DNA of 55,277 bases from Nemertoderma westbladi (lineage: Eukaryota > Animalia > Xenacoelomorpha). Where the stretch lies: the NCBI GenBank assembly GCA_032718475.1, contig JAUCBJ010005493.1, forward strand, positions 1 through 55,277, given 5' to 3'. Under the pieces are notes generated by a model, which was not told the DNA's origin, made no database searches, and worked only from the letters and a program-made list of their open reading frames with translations. This document shows, piece after piece, positions 1-12,424 of the stretch; positions within the stretch are counted from its first letter, which is position 1, and every line of letters starts with the position of its first letter. Made by a program: the position numbers and the translations under genes.

Positions 1-330
1 GCTACCGGTAACGCACAACACTGCTCACTGATATGCCGACAGTTACTGACTTTGATCAGGTATAAAGAGATATGCACTGGACTCAGGTAGTGTCTGTCAA
101 ACAACATTAGATTCACTACAAACGCAATAATAAAGTCGCAATTGTTGTACATAACCCTTCTCTCTAACCTGTAGTGTATCAAGGATATTGGGAAAATTGT
201 GGGTTGATTATTGATATTCTTCAACTAATAACATCCAATTATACTGATACAAAATTACAAACAGTAAAAGCAGTATGACGGTAGGTTAAGATATAATTAG
301 ATTGCATTGAATCGTTAAGTTATAAATTGG

Positions 331-372
331 AATCGTGTCGAATCGAATCGGATCGAATCGGATCGAATCGAT
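331..372. repeat. Pentanucleotide microsatellite (ATCGA/ATCGG)n
   Basis: Sequence tcgaatcgaatcggatcgaatcggatcgaatcgat. Confidence 0.85.
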
Positions 373-1483
373 AATAGCTATGCTTTCTATAATTTAGCCT
401 ACTAATGTTCTTATAAAAAGGCAGAAACATTGCGTCATTCCAGCCGATCTTCAGGCAGTATGGAACGACATAAACACTGAGTTTGGGAGCTGCTGTAGGT
501 ATCTCTTCAAGGAAAACGCAAATCACCCTGATTGGTTGTTAGACCAAAACAAAGGAACCAGGAGTCCAATGAGAGCTCCCTCCACGTCATCATCCAGCTG
601 GGAGATGTCGTAATCAGAATCCTTCCCTTGACATAGTGACAGTGAAATGCCGCATTGCGGGTTGTGTACCCTGCTACGTCCGCATAAAGCACACATTCAG
701 AAGAATCTATTTTATGTCCGTTAAAAACACTTATACAGCACCCCGAGGGCTAGGGGATCCAATTATATCTGTAAACGCTTTTACAGCAGGTTTCAGAGTA
801 TTTCAGCGTATGGGGGAAAAACTGGATCGCGGGGCGAAGGACCAGTTGCATCCCACAGAAGCTTTTACAAAGATATAAAAATAATTATACTTAAAAATTA
901 TACAGCTGTAATCCCCACACCCCATTCCATTATAGTTTTTAATTAGTTCAAGTGATTTGCTTTAAGAAATGTGTTTTTAATTGATCTAAACGTAATTATG
1001 CTATCAAAATACCACCGTCTCTCTATACTTCCAGCTCCATCATTCATTGGCATGCTTGCTATTGCCTAGCCCAGCAGCTGCTGGCGCTGGGAACCGGTCC
1101 AACAACCTCAGCACTACTTGGCATCGGGTAATTACATCAATAGGACATAGGCACAAGTGTAAGGTTACTAATAACCCAGCTTGCTTTATCTCGCAAAATG
1201 ATTGGCTAAGTATTTAATCGTGATTCTCTAGAATAATTAACTAAATAATTTCGTTGAGGTGTTGGTTGACATGATCAATTAATCCGTGGCCGGAGACGAC
1301 CCTTCGATAGCTGCTACTCACAGCCCTAGTTTTGCCCCCAATAATTTAATTTAACTAGTAGTTGAGTATTCATGATTCTAAATTAATTAGTTAACAATTG
1401 ATTGGATTATTATTGCAATGATAATTCTCAATGCTAAAATTAACCGACCCCCGTTCCGCTGTAGGTCTAGTTTATCGACTCAC

Positions 1484-2013
1484 CGATGCCATGGTAACCC
1501 ACACATTTAACCCGTAGGATGAGTGCGCCGTAAGGTCTATGGCCGTCTGTACATCCGTAACTGAGTACGTCGTTCTCCATATACGGTTCCGCGTGAATCC
1601 CGGCCACGAGTCGCGAGTTCTCTATACTAACGACAGGCGGCGCGTCGCACTTGATCCTATTAGCCGGGGCCTCCGGAAGCTTGAGGGAGCCGCCCTTGGG
1701 GCACGAGGTCTCGTCCTTCCGATCGATACAGTCAACGATGTCGTTGCACAACTTATTGGCGGGAACGCAATCCCCGGTGTCGCACCGGATCACGCAGTCG
1801 TAGTTACTCGTGTCCACGCACAGATAGTTGGGCTCCCGATTCCAGACTCCGTTCACCGTGCAGCTGATTAGTACCGCGGCCATCCCGGACACCATGTAGC
1901 CGGCCTTGCAGCCGTACAGCACCGTCGTCTTGGCGTGGTACCTCCGGCGTTTTCTCGAGGCTACGATTCCGTTTACCACTCGTGGTTGACTCGGGGGCAC
2001 GCAGGTGACCAGC
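1484..2013 (-). CDS. Exon (phase 2-1), CCP-LDLa unit and start of a further CCP
   Basis: Acceptor attcccttag, donor G|GTGAGT. LDLa motif CVPANKLCNDIVDCIDRKDETSC. Confidence 0.87.
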
Positions 2014-2447
2014 CTAAGGGAATATAATAAGTGAAGGTTCCTGTAGTATGTAGCACAACAGTGTAGTACAATTAGCATTATCGAAACCAAAATGAAACAT
2101 TTTTTTTAGAAATATTAAAACAGGCTGAAAGCTATAATGATATCATTATTGTCATACATGTTGTTAACAGTTCGAAAGTGAAAGTAATTTCGGACTGACG
2201 AGCTTAAGATTGGTTCCAACTGGTGGTCGGATAATATTTCCGTGGGGAAATTTTTAAGGTTTTTATTATCTTTTTTTTTAATTAACTGTTAATATAATTA
2301 ATTTGGAAGAATTTTCAAAAAAGATATTTTAAAAAATATATAATACGTAAGTAATTATGCAGCAGCCTAGTGCAGCTATGGATGTCAGTTATTTATTATA
2401 TAATGATTATTATTAATATTAAGATTCCGGTCTTACATCGGGCGTAC

Positions 2448-3244
2448 CTGGGTCGTTTCTTTGGCCGCTTGATGTGGGAGTTGTCGGTGGGGCAGTGCGT
2501 TTCGTCCGCCTCGTCCCGACACTGACGGTGGTAATTACAGACCTTATCCGCGGGAACGCAGACCTTCCCGTCGTCGCAACGCAATGCGCATTCGTAATTC
2601 CGCTCGTTGAGACAAATAAACTTCGGGGATCCCGACCATTCGCCGCTCTCCAGACACTTTATATCGGTTCCCTCCATCCCGGACACGATGAACCCGTCCG
2701 CGCAACCGTAATGCAGGATATCGCCGGACACGTAGGACCTCCCGAGCTGCGCGGTCGAGAGCAGCTGACTGTTGCGGATCTGGGGGTGCGGAGGCGCGGC
2801 GCAAGTCGCTTTGAGTCGGGGAGTAAACTCGGGGAGTTTGAGAGCAGCGCGGTTCGGCGGACAGGAAGATTCGTCGAGTTTATCTCGACACAACTCGACT
2901 CCGTCGCAGATCTTATCCGCGGCGACGCAGGTCTGTTTGTCGCAGGTCAGCGTGCAGTGGTAGTCAGTGCGGTCCAGACATAAGTAGTTGGGTCCGGCGT
3001 TCCAGACGCCGTCCTCGGTGCAGCGGACCTGGCTGATTGCGGCCCCGGACACCATCCGCGTCCGTCCGGCACATCCGTACACCACCGCGTCCCCCGCGTG
3101 GTACGGTATCGGATGACTCCCGTTCACTATGACGCCGTATCGCACAAGGTTCTCCGGCGGTCCGGGACATTGCGCCTTTTTAATGGGTTTGTATATCGGA
3201 ATGGCTAATAGATTGGCGCTATCTGGACACGATGATTCATCCGT
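2448..3244 (-). CDS. Exon (phase 0-2), two CCP-LDLa units
   Basis: Acceptor acttttcag, donor AG|GTACGC. This donor was chosen because the next exon requires phase 2 (KRP-R-LVTC). Confidence 0.87.
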
Positions 3245-3447
3245 CTGAAAAGTATTTGAACGATATAAATAATTATAAACAAAACCAAATAACTATACAT
3301 AATCAGTTCAAAACTGAAAGTTCTTATATCTGAGGAAACTTGTCGTGTTTTTGTTCTCATTAACATAAGACACTACTTTATGTCCTACCGAGAAACTACC
3401 GATTATTTGTATTCCAGGTTATTTAACATTATCACCATATTGTTTAC

Positions 3448-4385
3448 CTTATCTATGCAATCGTTTATTTCATCGCAGACCTTATTGGCTGCGATACACT
3501 GCTCGTTGTCGCATCGTAAAGCACACTGGAAGTCCTCGGTTAGTAAACAAATGAAACTGATCTTTGGACTCCATCCGCCAGTCTGGTCGCAGAAGGTAGC
3601 CACCCTGGCCATACCGGATACCATATACCCTTCCTTACACTCGTACTGCAGTCGCTCCCCCTCCCGGTACGGCAGTTCGTGGCCCGCCACGGCCCGACTG
3701 TTCGCGTCCACTCCCCGCGGGAACTCCCGACAGAAGGCCTTCGCGTTGGGCCGCGGCAGCCGTATCTGGGCGCCGTCCGTCGGACACGAGGCCTCGTCCT
3801 GTCCGTCCCGGCAGTCGCTGGACCCGTCGCAGACGTTGTTCGCGGCCACGCAGACCCCGCGGTCGCAGCTGAGCGCGCACTCGTAGCTGTCCGATCGGAG
3901 ACAGAAGAAGTTGGGTTCCCGGTCCCACCGCCCGGTGGCGCCGCATCTAACGTCAGTGAACTCGAGACCAGACACCAGGTACCCCGGTTTACACTTGTAG
4001 CTGACAGTATCCTCCTCGTAATAAGGTAGTAGATGCAACCCGGAATCAACCAGGGCGTTGTCAATCTTAGGTTTGGGCGGCTCCTTACATTCCGCTTTGG
4101 GTTTCTCCTTAAATTTCGGCAGTTTGATTGGCTTCCCGTCCATGGGACACGATGATTCGTCGACATTGTCGTTGCGACAATCGGCGACGCCGTTGCATAC
4201 CCCGTCAGCGCGAACGCAGTCCCCGTTGCCGCATAGTAACGCGCACTGGTAGTTATCCTCCTCGAGGCAAATAAAGTTTGGTTTATTTCCCCCACTCCAC
4301 TCCCCCGTTGGGAGACACATAATGTCGGTGAGTTCTAGGCCAGATACGATAAATCCTTTCTCACATCCATATCTGATAATTTGCC
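3448..4385 (-). CDS. Exon (phase 1-0), three CCP-LDLa units
   Basis: Acceptor gttttctccag, donor AAG|GTAAAC. Example LDLa: CVAANNVCDGSSDCRDGQDEASC. Confidence 0.9.
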
Positions 4386-4807
4386 CTGGAGAAAACAGTA
4401 ATAACAGAGGATTAATACCTTAGCTCATGTTCTTCACTATAGCCGCAATTTCCAAACACAGCATATCTCTATTAATACCTACTAGCTCCCATTTACTCTA
4501 ATAATTATTGTGGTATAATTATATTTTTTCCCTAGAATGGAGGAAAAATAAAAAAAATAATATTTAATAAATATTCCATAAATTATTTATTAGTATTGCT
4601 ATTTATTAATATAAAAAGTTACAAATATAAGTAAAGGCACCAATATAAGGGCCAATATTATGGGTAAGGGTATGTTTAATTGATAAATTAATTCTTGAAT
4701 TAGTTTTCTCTTATCTCCACTAAGATTTGCCATTAGTCACAATTATTATACCCTAATAATTACGTTTATCCACTAAAGTCATGAAGTGTTATTTATACGT
4801 CACTAAC

Positions 4808-5327
4808 CTTCTTCCAGTTTGGAGCCGCTCGCGACTTGAGTGAGTAGAACGCTGTTCCTAACGTCGACGCTAGTTGGCGGGGCGGGGCACTCCGCGGTGT
4901 CCTTAACGGGTCGTTTAATCGGCGAACCGTCGTCCGGACAGGAGATCTCGTCGCCGAAATCGAGACAATCCGCGACCCGATTACAGATCCGGTCGCCGGA
5001 GACGCAGACAGAGTTGGAGCAGCGGAAGGCACAGCGGTAGTTGCCGGCGTTGAGACATATAAACACGGGTGGGTCGCCCCATCGGCCACCGGGCTCGCAC
5101 ACGGTCGAGGTGGCCGCTAATCCCGAGACCATGTAACCCGGAGCGCAGTCGAACTCGGCTCGGTAGCCGAGTTCGTAGGTGTCCGATGGGTTGCTCAGCA
5201 CCGCATGTTGGATCTTGGGTCGCGTCGGCGGTGGGCACGGAGGTTCAGTCGGTTCGCCCGCCGGTCGAATGATCTCCCCAGAATGCGGACAGCTAATCTC
5301 GTCCCAATGGTCGGTGCAGTCTTCCAC
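4808..5327 (-). CDS. Exon (phase 0-1), CCP-LDLa unit
   Basis: Acceptor cgttctag, donor G|GTTAGT. LDLa motif CVSGDRICNRVADCLDFGDEISC. Confidence 0.9.
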
Positions 5328-5586
5328 CTAGAACGTATACGTAAACGTAAAACAAACGGGAGATAGATAATATAACACGCTGGGAGCAATTAGTCTTGTT
5401 TTTATTCAAACTGATAGTATGTTGTTGCATGTTGAAATGAATTGTTCCCTTGTTCACTGTTATTGTAGGTACAGTAGGCCTACACGTACCGGTAAAGTAC
5501 TACTTAGGCTTCTTTAATTTCAGTTTTGAACCACCTGCATATAAGATCTGACGATGGAAGGACATTTAAACTGAAACACAGTGGCA

Positions 5587-6693
5587 ATGGCTGTTGTCGC
5601 ATCCGAATTAATGCAACAATTCGTGGCGATAACACATCTATCGCCGGCCACTAAATCGCCGCAGCGTTACTTGTGGTCCGATGCGTTCGCTGTACTAAAC
5701 CTATTCGAGCTCGCGAGATTAACCAAAGACAAACAATTCGAGATACACGCGCTGGACCTCATAGAACAAGTCCACGACACCTTAGGTAAACACAGAGAGG
5801 ATGACCCCTTGGGGCGCGCGGGATGGCTGTCAGGAGAGAAAGATGCGACGCACCCGTGTAGAGCGGGACTGCGGATAGGCGAACAACTACCGGAGTGTAG
5901 CGAGGGCAAACGAGACAACGAGATAGAAAGTGACTCGGATGGACAATACTATCATCATCTTACTAAATGGATGTTCGCGCTCAACGTTGCTTCCAGTACT
6001 ACCGGCGACGCACGCTACAACGATAACGCTATTGAACTCGCCAGAGCCGCACATAAAGCCTTCGTTTACGCCACAGGGGCGCGAAACTCTCTCCGTCTTT
6101 ATCGGAAGATGAGCATCGATCTAAGCAAACCCTTAGTGAACTCCATGGGCCATCACGATCCGCTAGACGGGTTGATTAGCTACCTGGAGACCGATCCAAA
6201 AGGTCTGTACAATGAGATCGCGGATCTGGCGTCTGTATGCGGCGACAACAAGGCCTGGGTTACTAATGACGCCATGGGTATTGGGGGGTTGCTATGCGAC
6301 ATGTACCGCCTCTCTGTGCTCGCGACCAGAGGCGTGCTGGACGATTACCCCGGGTTACTGGCCTCCGTTATCGAGGCTGCACGACTGAGTTTAGAATCGT
6401 TCTCCCTGTGTAGTCTCCCTACCGAGTACCGCACAGCGTTCGGGGAACTGCGTCTATCTCTGGGTCTACAAGGGATCCCGAGAGCCAAGGTTCTACTCCA
6501 CGGGAAATCCGATACGATCCGACATCTAAAGAAACTCGAGCGATTGGAGAAGTTTCTGCCTCTAGTCGATAAGATTCATTGGTTTTGGCGGGACGAAAGG
6601 AACCAGATGGCTCGCTCCTGGACAGAGCATCGCCACACCAACATGGTAATGTTGTCTACCAGCCTTCTACCTGCGGCATTCTATAGGAATTAG
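5587..6693 (+). CDS. Intronless 368-aa hypothetical protein nested antisense in intron 5328-7189; resembles a microbial uncharacterised family
   Basis: Uninterrupted GC-rich ORF in AT-rich flanks, first ATG at 5587, AATAAA at 6850. Motifs RYLWSDAFAV, GLRIG, DGQYYHHLTKWMFAL and KMSIDLSKPLVNSMGHHDPLDG match, from memory, a bacterial/archaeal/fungal hypothetical family. Confidence 0.8.
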   Translation: MAVVASELMQQFVAITHLSPATKSPQRYLWSDAFAVLNLFELARLTKDKQFEIHALDLIEQVHDTLGKHREDDPLGRAGWLSGEKDATHPCRAGLRIGEQLPECSEGKRDNEIESDSDGQYYHHLTKWMFALNVASSTTGDARYNDNAIELARAAHKAFVYATGARNSLRLYRKMSIDLSKPLVNSMGHHDPLDGLISYLETDPKGLYNEIADLASVCGDNKAWVTNDAMGIGGLLCDMYRLSVLATRGVLDDYPGLLASVIEAARLSLESFSLCSLPTEYRTAFGELRLSLGLQGIPRAKVLLHGKSDTIRHLKKLERLEKFLPLVDKIHWFWRDERNQMARSWTEHRHTNMVMLSTSLLPAAFYRN

Positions 6694-7189
6694 TTGCCAA
6701 GACTAGACTATTATTCTACTGGCGGTATCATTTAAAATATTTTATTAATAATATCGTACTGTATTTTATCATAATTTATCTCCGTAACACAATTTATTTA
6801 AAGCAGTACCGCCCGACTAGTACCATAATTAATTTACTAACAATTCATTAATAAATTCGAGAATAATTAACAATTATTTTAATGAATTTTTTACTATTTT
6901 ACATAATTGCTGGTCGAATGCAAAAAAATATTTCTCTCAATATGGAAGAATGTCAATTAACTAACGGATAGAAATTATATTTAACAGAAAAATATCTGTA
7001 AAAAAAGTTAAAGTAAAAAAATTATTAATTTATTTCTAGTAAAGAAATATTTCCCTGTTACAATATTGCACATTTACGCGAGTTTCTTTTTAAATAATAA
7101 ACACGATTTAAATACCATTATACTGTAGTAACGTAGTAGGCAGTGATTCCGTCCTAAACTAAAGTTAATCTTCTAAATAATTTGCTAAC

Positions 7190-7384
7190 CTTATCGCAAA
7201 CATTGTCGGCCGATACGCATTTGTTGTTGTCACAGGTGAGCGCGCACAAATAGTCGTTGTTGTGAAGGCAAATAAAGTCAGGTTTACTCCATAAACCGTT
7301 ACCGCATTGCGTCTTTATCATGGCTAACCCGGATACTATATAATCTGGCTTACAGGACAGCTCCAATTCAGCTTTGTCTTCAAA
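7190..7384 (-). CDS. Exon (phase 0-0), CCP and start of an LDLa module
   Basis: Acceptor ttctttaag, donor AAG|GTTAGC. Reads FEDKAELELSCKPDY...CVSADNVCDK. Confidence 0.88.
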
Positions 7385-7775
7385 CTTAAAGAATATTCAA
7401 TTCCAGAATTATAATATACGAAAATGTAAATATTATATAACTATACACAGCTAAAACAGGATGTGTTATAACTTTATGGGACGGGTTACATTATAAGACA
7501 GTTGGCGCTCATTGCCCACTATATTATCTGCTTGTCAATCATCTACACCTGTAGTTCATCTTCGTGTGATTGCAAACACTAACTTACTAAATAATCAATC
7601 TATTAAACAGCCCTTTTCTTTAATCTACAGCATATGCCACGCTCCCATTATGCATTACAGTTGGATGGGCTGATACACGTTCCTTTTTCATCTATAATAT
7701 TTGTGAACATTTATCCCCAAAAATAATAGTATAGTGGTAACAATAAACCTAAGTGTACAGGACACCGAAACCTAC

Positions 7776-8953
7776 CTCGGATTTATCCTCATCGTACCAC
7801 ATCGCGTTCGGAATGGTTGTATTAAACTTGCCGCACTTCCTCCCGCTCGGCCGCTCTATATCGCCCTCCAATGGGCACGAACTTTCATCCGATCCGTCTT
7901 TACAGTCGGTCTCCCCATCACAAACTTTATCCGCCGAGAGACACTCACCAAGACAACTCATGGCGCACTCGTAATTCCCCTTCTTCAGACACAAATAGCT
8001 CACCGAGTCTTCCCACTCACCTGTGGAGGAACACGTCGCCGTAGTTTTCCGCTTTCCCGACACCATGTATCCCGCCTCGCACCGATACCGAATAACGTGT
8101 CCAACCCTATAGACCCCGGCAACCGACTTCAGCCCTGAATCTACCATCCCGTTTGTGGGCGGCTCCGGTATGTTCACCGTGCATGGCATCACCTTGGGTT
8201 GGCACTCGTAATCAGGCTGCCCGCTCCACTCTCCGTCCAAACGGCACACAATCACTGTCTTCTCGCCGTGTACGACTTCGTACTCCGCGGAGCAACCGTA
8301 GGACACAACATCCCCGGGACGGTAGACGGAAGCCCGTTCCCCCGACTCCACTACCCCGATTGGGGGTGGCGCAGGGGGATCGGGGCACAATCGTAGCGGG
8401 CAGTGAAGATCCACCAGCACACTCCATTGTCCTGTTGGTTCGCAGATGATCGACTGTTTCGGAGTCCCGCCAGGACAGGCGTAGACAACCCACTCACCGG
8501 TAACATACACATCCTTCAACACCTCCATGACTTCGGCGTTCTCCAAAACTTCCGGCGGTGGGCTACATAATGTCGAGTGCAAACACTCATAGACAATGTG
8601 TGGAGTCCAAACACCGTCTTGGCATTTCGAGATTTTATCGATATTATTAGATGGACTGTATCCATCCTTACATCCGTATTCCACATGATCTTGCTCGAGG
8701 TACTTAATGCCCGACGATGCATCCACCGCAATAATTCCATTGGGGGGTGGATCCGGGGGATACTCGCAACCATTCCCCTCCATGCTCCTGAGGGGATCGT
8801 GCACATCTCGTGGGCTGCGAGAGCTCCTGTCTATTTCGTATTTACGTATCGGTTGTAGAAACCATGGAAACATTCGCGCTAGCTTGCTGGGCACGCATTC
8901 GTATTGCAGTTGTGACTGCATGGCTTTTTTGGGAAACGTGATCCATTTAACTT
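7776..8953 (-). CDS. Exon (phase 1-0), linker, about four CCPs and first LDLa module
   Basis: Acceptor ttttgttgattag, donor GAG|GTAGGT. LDLa motif CLSADKVCDGETDCKDGSDESSC. Confidence 0.9.
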
Positions 8954-9059
8954 CTAATCAACAAAAATTAATGATTATGAGTCAGCTTTAATTTATCTAA
9001 TTTTCCTTTGTATTTTGAAATTTGAAACACAGAAGGTTCATTTCTTTAATTAGGCAAAA

Positions 9060-10160
9060 GCTTATTTTTGGCCAAACTTCGCGAGTTGTAATCGTAGGGC
9101 GCTGGTTTTTGGCTCATTCTGTTCGGAATAATAACGTTTTTATTCAAATCCACTTCCAATTTTATAATCTTATTATGTTTTCTCATTAAAAAAACGCTGT
9201 GAAAAAGCATCTTTTAAAAAATTGTGTTCCAACATTCGAGATTTTGCACTCAAATAGATCAGTAAATTGCTGATTTAAAAAATATATGGGTTTTGAGGTT
9301 TTTATTCGTGGCATTGCAATAATTACGTCCCAAATGCATCCAAATCGTTGTTTTTCGGGAATAATTATTGGAATTGTATAAATGTGTGGTACTAAGACGT
9401 GATAAAAATACATCAGATATTTATTATTGTTAATGTTTCCAAGGAAACCTACCTATTGCATTTGTGGAAGCAGACGGACCATTGTGGTTGGAAATATATT
9501 TGTATTATTGATGTACCTAATACATTATAATGAGTTTATTAATAGGTATTATTACAAAGTTTATTTTGTTTTCTCATCGCGTTATAAGTTGACATAGATC
9601 ATTCACAGCCTCAGTAATATTTACAACAAACTGTACGTACGGTATCTCTATCTACTGTACTGTATCTTCAAATATCCCAACCTAAGAGGCAGATCAATAA
9701 TTATGTAGATTGTCTGTTGACTACGGAAACTTTTCCACCATATTTAACTATAAACATTTTGTTGAAAGGAAATTCATTTATTTAATATTCCGATTATTGT
9801 TATAGAAAAACGACGTTTTGGATGCATTTAAGACGTAATTATTGCATTAATGCCGCTAAATAACAACCTCTAAACCCATATGTTTTTGAAACCAGCAATT
9901 ATCGCTTTATTACAGTGCAAAATCTCCAATGTTGAAATATAATTTTGAAAAAGATATTTTTCACAGCGTTTTTATTTTAATGAGAAAATAAAACAAAATC
10001 GTGTAATCGTTAATTACAGCTGCATTAACAGTTCAACTCCAATTCATTTATCAAAATCGTAAAATTCGAAGTGGATTTGAATAAAACTATTATATTCCAG
10101 AATGAGCCCAAAACCAGCTCCCTAGGATTAAACCTCGCGAAGTTATGGCCAAAATTAAGC
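9060..10160. mobile_element. Foldback/MITE-like element with long diverged inverted arms
   Basis: About 9060-9385 is a diverged reverse complement of about 9775-10160, e.g. ttggccaaacttcgcgag vs ctcgcgaagttatggccaa, and ttattcaaatccacttc vs gaagtggatttgaataa. No ORF. Confidence 0.7.
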
Positions 10161-10187
10161 TGCAGCATAATTTAAAAAAATTGAGTT

Positions 10188-10412
10188 TAGTTTAACTCAC
10201 CGTGGTTGTTACCAAGAAGCTGGAATTTTCGATTTTTTGCCTTTAAATTTTTACAGTCATTTTAAAAAAGTTTCTTTTCGCGAAATTTCACCCTCCGTAT
10301 CGTGGCCATTCCTCACAATAGTCGTAATTTTTTCATATCAATAGAAAGATTGCGTTGCAAGGATTCCAAATATGTAACAATATCTGAATTTCGTTAAGAA
10401 ACAGCTGAGATA
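10188..10412. repeat. Dispersed non-coding repeat, copy 1 (probable non-autonomous transposon fragment)
   Basis: Aligns by eye with 51325-51515 (aactcaccgt.gttgttacca ... atcaatagaaag.ttgcgttgcaaggattccaaatatgtaa) and, inverted, with 51595-51685. Confidence 0.75.
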
Positions 10413-11029
10413 CGTCTCAAAATTTACACCTTAGTTTTTTTTTATAATATCTCCGGAAGTTATTGGTGAAATTTAAAACGGATTTTTCTGATTCTGAATC
10501 TGCAGATGAAGGCGGTTCTAATGATATCTAGATTTCATTCCAAAGACGAAGAATAAAGCCGACGGAGGTGGCTAAATATTGCCAAATAGACGACTTTTAA
10601 CAGCTTTTTGTATCGAATTAGCTCATAAATTGAAAAATCCGGCTCTGCCAGCAGAGAGAAAAGTTGTCGAACTATCATCATACCAAATTTCGATCGATAT
10701 GATTGAAATTTGAGTATTTTATTGTTTTACATGTTTTATTGAGTTGAATAATTTTAAGATAGGAAATAGAGATGTAAATATCTTAAAACGCTACTTAATA
10801 AATGTGCCTAATATATAAATTAATATTGAAATTACAGTATTTCTGTGCTGCGCAGTGTAATCTTTAATTATTATCCACTAGAATCGAATGCAGCTCAAGA
10901 TAAAGGACAACTTTGAGTCTGGTTTAAATGAACACAACATTATAACAAAATTATTAAATTAATTTACTTACAGTTTCCTAACAATATACTTAATAACATT
11001 GCGACGCACTGTAATTAACTTGAACTTAC

Positions 11030-12424
11030 CTTCTCCGTCCAAGGTGCAGAACATGTCGGTTTTCCTTTTGTTCTTGGCAACGTAACCGTCTTTACAACCA
11101 TAGATCACTCGATCCTCCGCCATCTTGTAACTTCCAGAATCTTTCTTACCTTTAATAATGGTGCCGTGTAAGGGAACTATCGGTGTGCCCATAGGCGGAT
11201 CAGGGCACGCCAGGCACTTCATACCGTCCAAATTTGTAGTATTCCAATGTCGCCCTTGAATATGATTTATATCGCCTTTATATACACCATTGAGGATTAT
11301 GACGTCATACATGACATCCGACCATTTCTTACCCTTCAGCATACAATTGACCTCTCGGTCGTAAGTTAAAACTACACGAATTCCATTGTGGTATAGCAAC
11401 ATGCTTGGGGATTTGCATTCAATTCTATATCCTGGCGTTATCTTCACAAGTTGCCTTTCGTTGTTTGTAGATTTGAGCCATTGTGTCGGTGAGGTATTTA
11501 TTGGTACCAGTTTCATGTTATCGTCTATGTGCGGCAAGGGGTCGGTACACGCATCAATTTCCCTTTCACAGTTGAAAACGTCATTCACAGTCTGATACTT
11601 TCGGGGATTCTTATCGCGGGGCAAAAGTTCAAACATTCCCACCATCTGACCCCGTTTCCACCAACCGTCTGAACAGCTAAGCGTTAGTGGTTTACCCACG
11701 GGTCCATAAAAATGAGTGTAACCTTCAATGCACTTGTATTCAACGGCAGCCCCCTCCGCATACCCATACTCATTGTTTATCTGGCTAACGTCGGTTAATA
11801 ATTCCACGTAAACAGAATCTTGGGGCAAATCAGAACAGTATTTGCCCACCGGCCTTCTATCATCAACTTTCCATTTAGGGTTTGCCTTTTTTTGCACGCA
11901 AGTGTAAGTAGAACCTTCGGTCGACCATCTTTCGTTGTAACATCTGATCTCGAAGGAGGCGTAGTTATGGAACTTTTCGTTGCCCAGTTTCGTTAGTCTG
12001 TAACCCGACTCGCAACGGAATGTAAGTCTCGTGAACTGAGCGTACTCGCCGTTCTCGTCGGCGGGGGTGTTGCTGGTCCAGGCCTCCAGATGTGGGATCG
12101 TTACCTTGGGCAGTGGACAGGTTTTCGGTCTGTCCTTCTCGCAAGCGTAGTCCGGCCGCCCAGACCAGGTGCCATCGTTCTTGCAAGTGAGCACAGATGT
12201 GACATTGCGAGACATGTGGTAACCTTCGTGGCAAAGGTATTGCACGTTCGTGCCCTGGTAGTATTCAGTGATGTCATCTGGTATTAGGAATGCGTTCTTT
12301 GCTGATTCGAACGGCGCCCCACATGTAACTCTTACACAGGTGTAATTCAGTTGCGGGGTCCACAGACCAGTTTTGCGGCATTCGATTATACACCATTCCC
12401 GGCTGCAACCATGTCCTTCTGGGT
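11030..12424 (-). CDS. Exon (phase 1-1), Sushi/CCP repeats including divergent long-loop CCPs
   Basis: Acceptor ttgctttccag, donor G|GTAAGT. Motifs YLCHEGY...CKNDGTW, FRCESGY and YKCIEGY. Confidence 0.9.

Noticed and set aside
420-1135. Possible further exons (minus strand about 507-706; plus strand about 1035-1127 with ccag and gtaatt boundaries)
   Set aside because: Moderately GC-rich and splice-like, but no translation continues the interrupted CCP domain or shows a recognisable motif, so it cannot be supported without RNA data.
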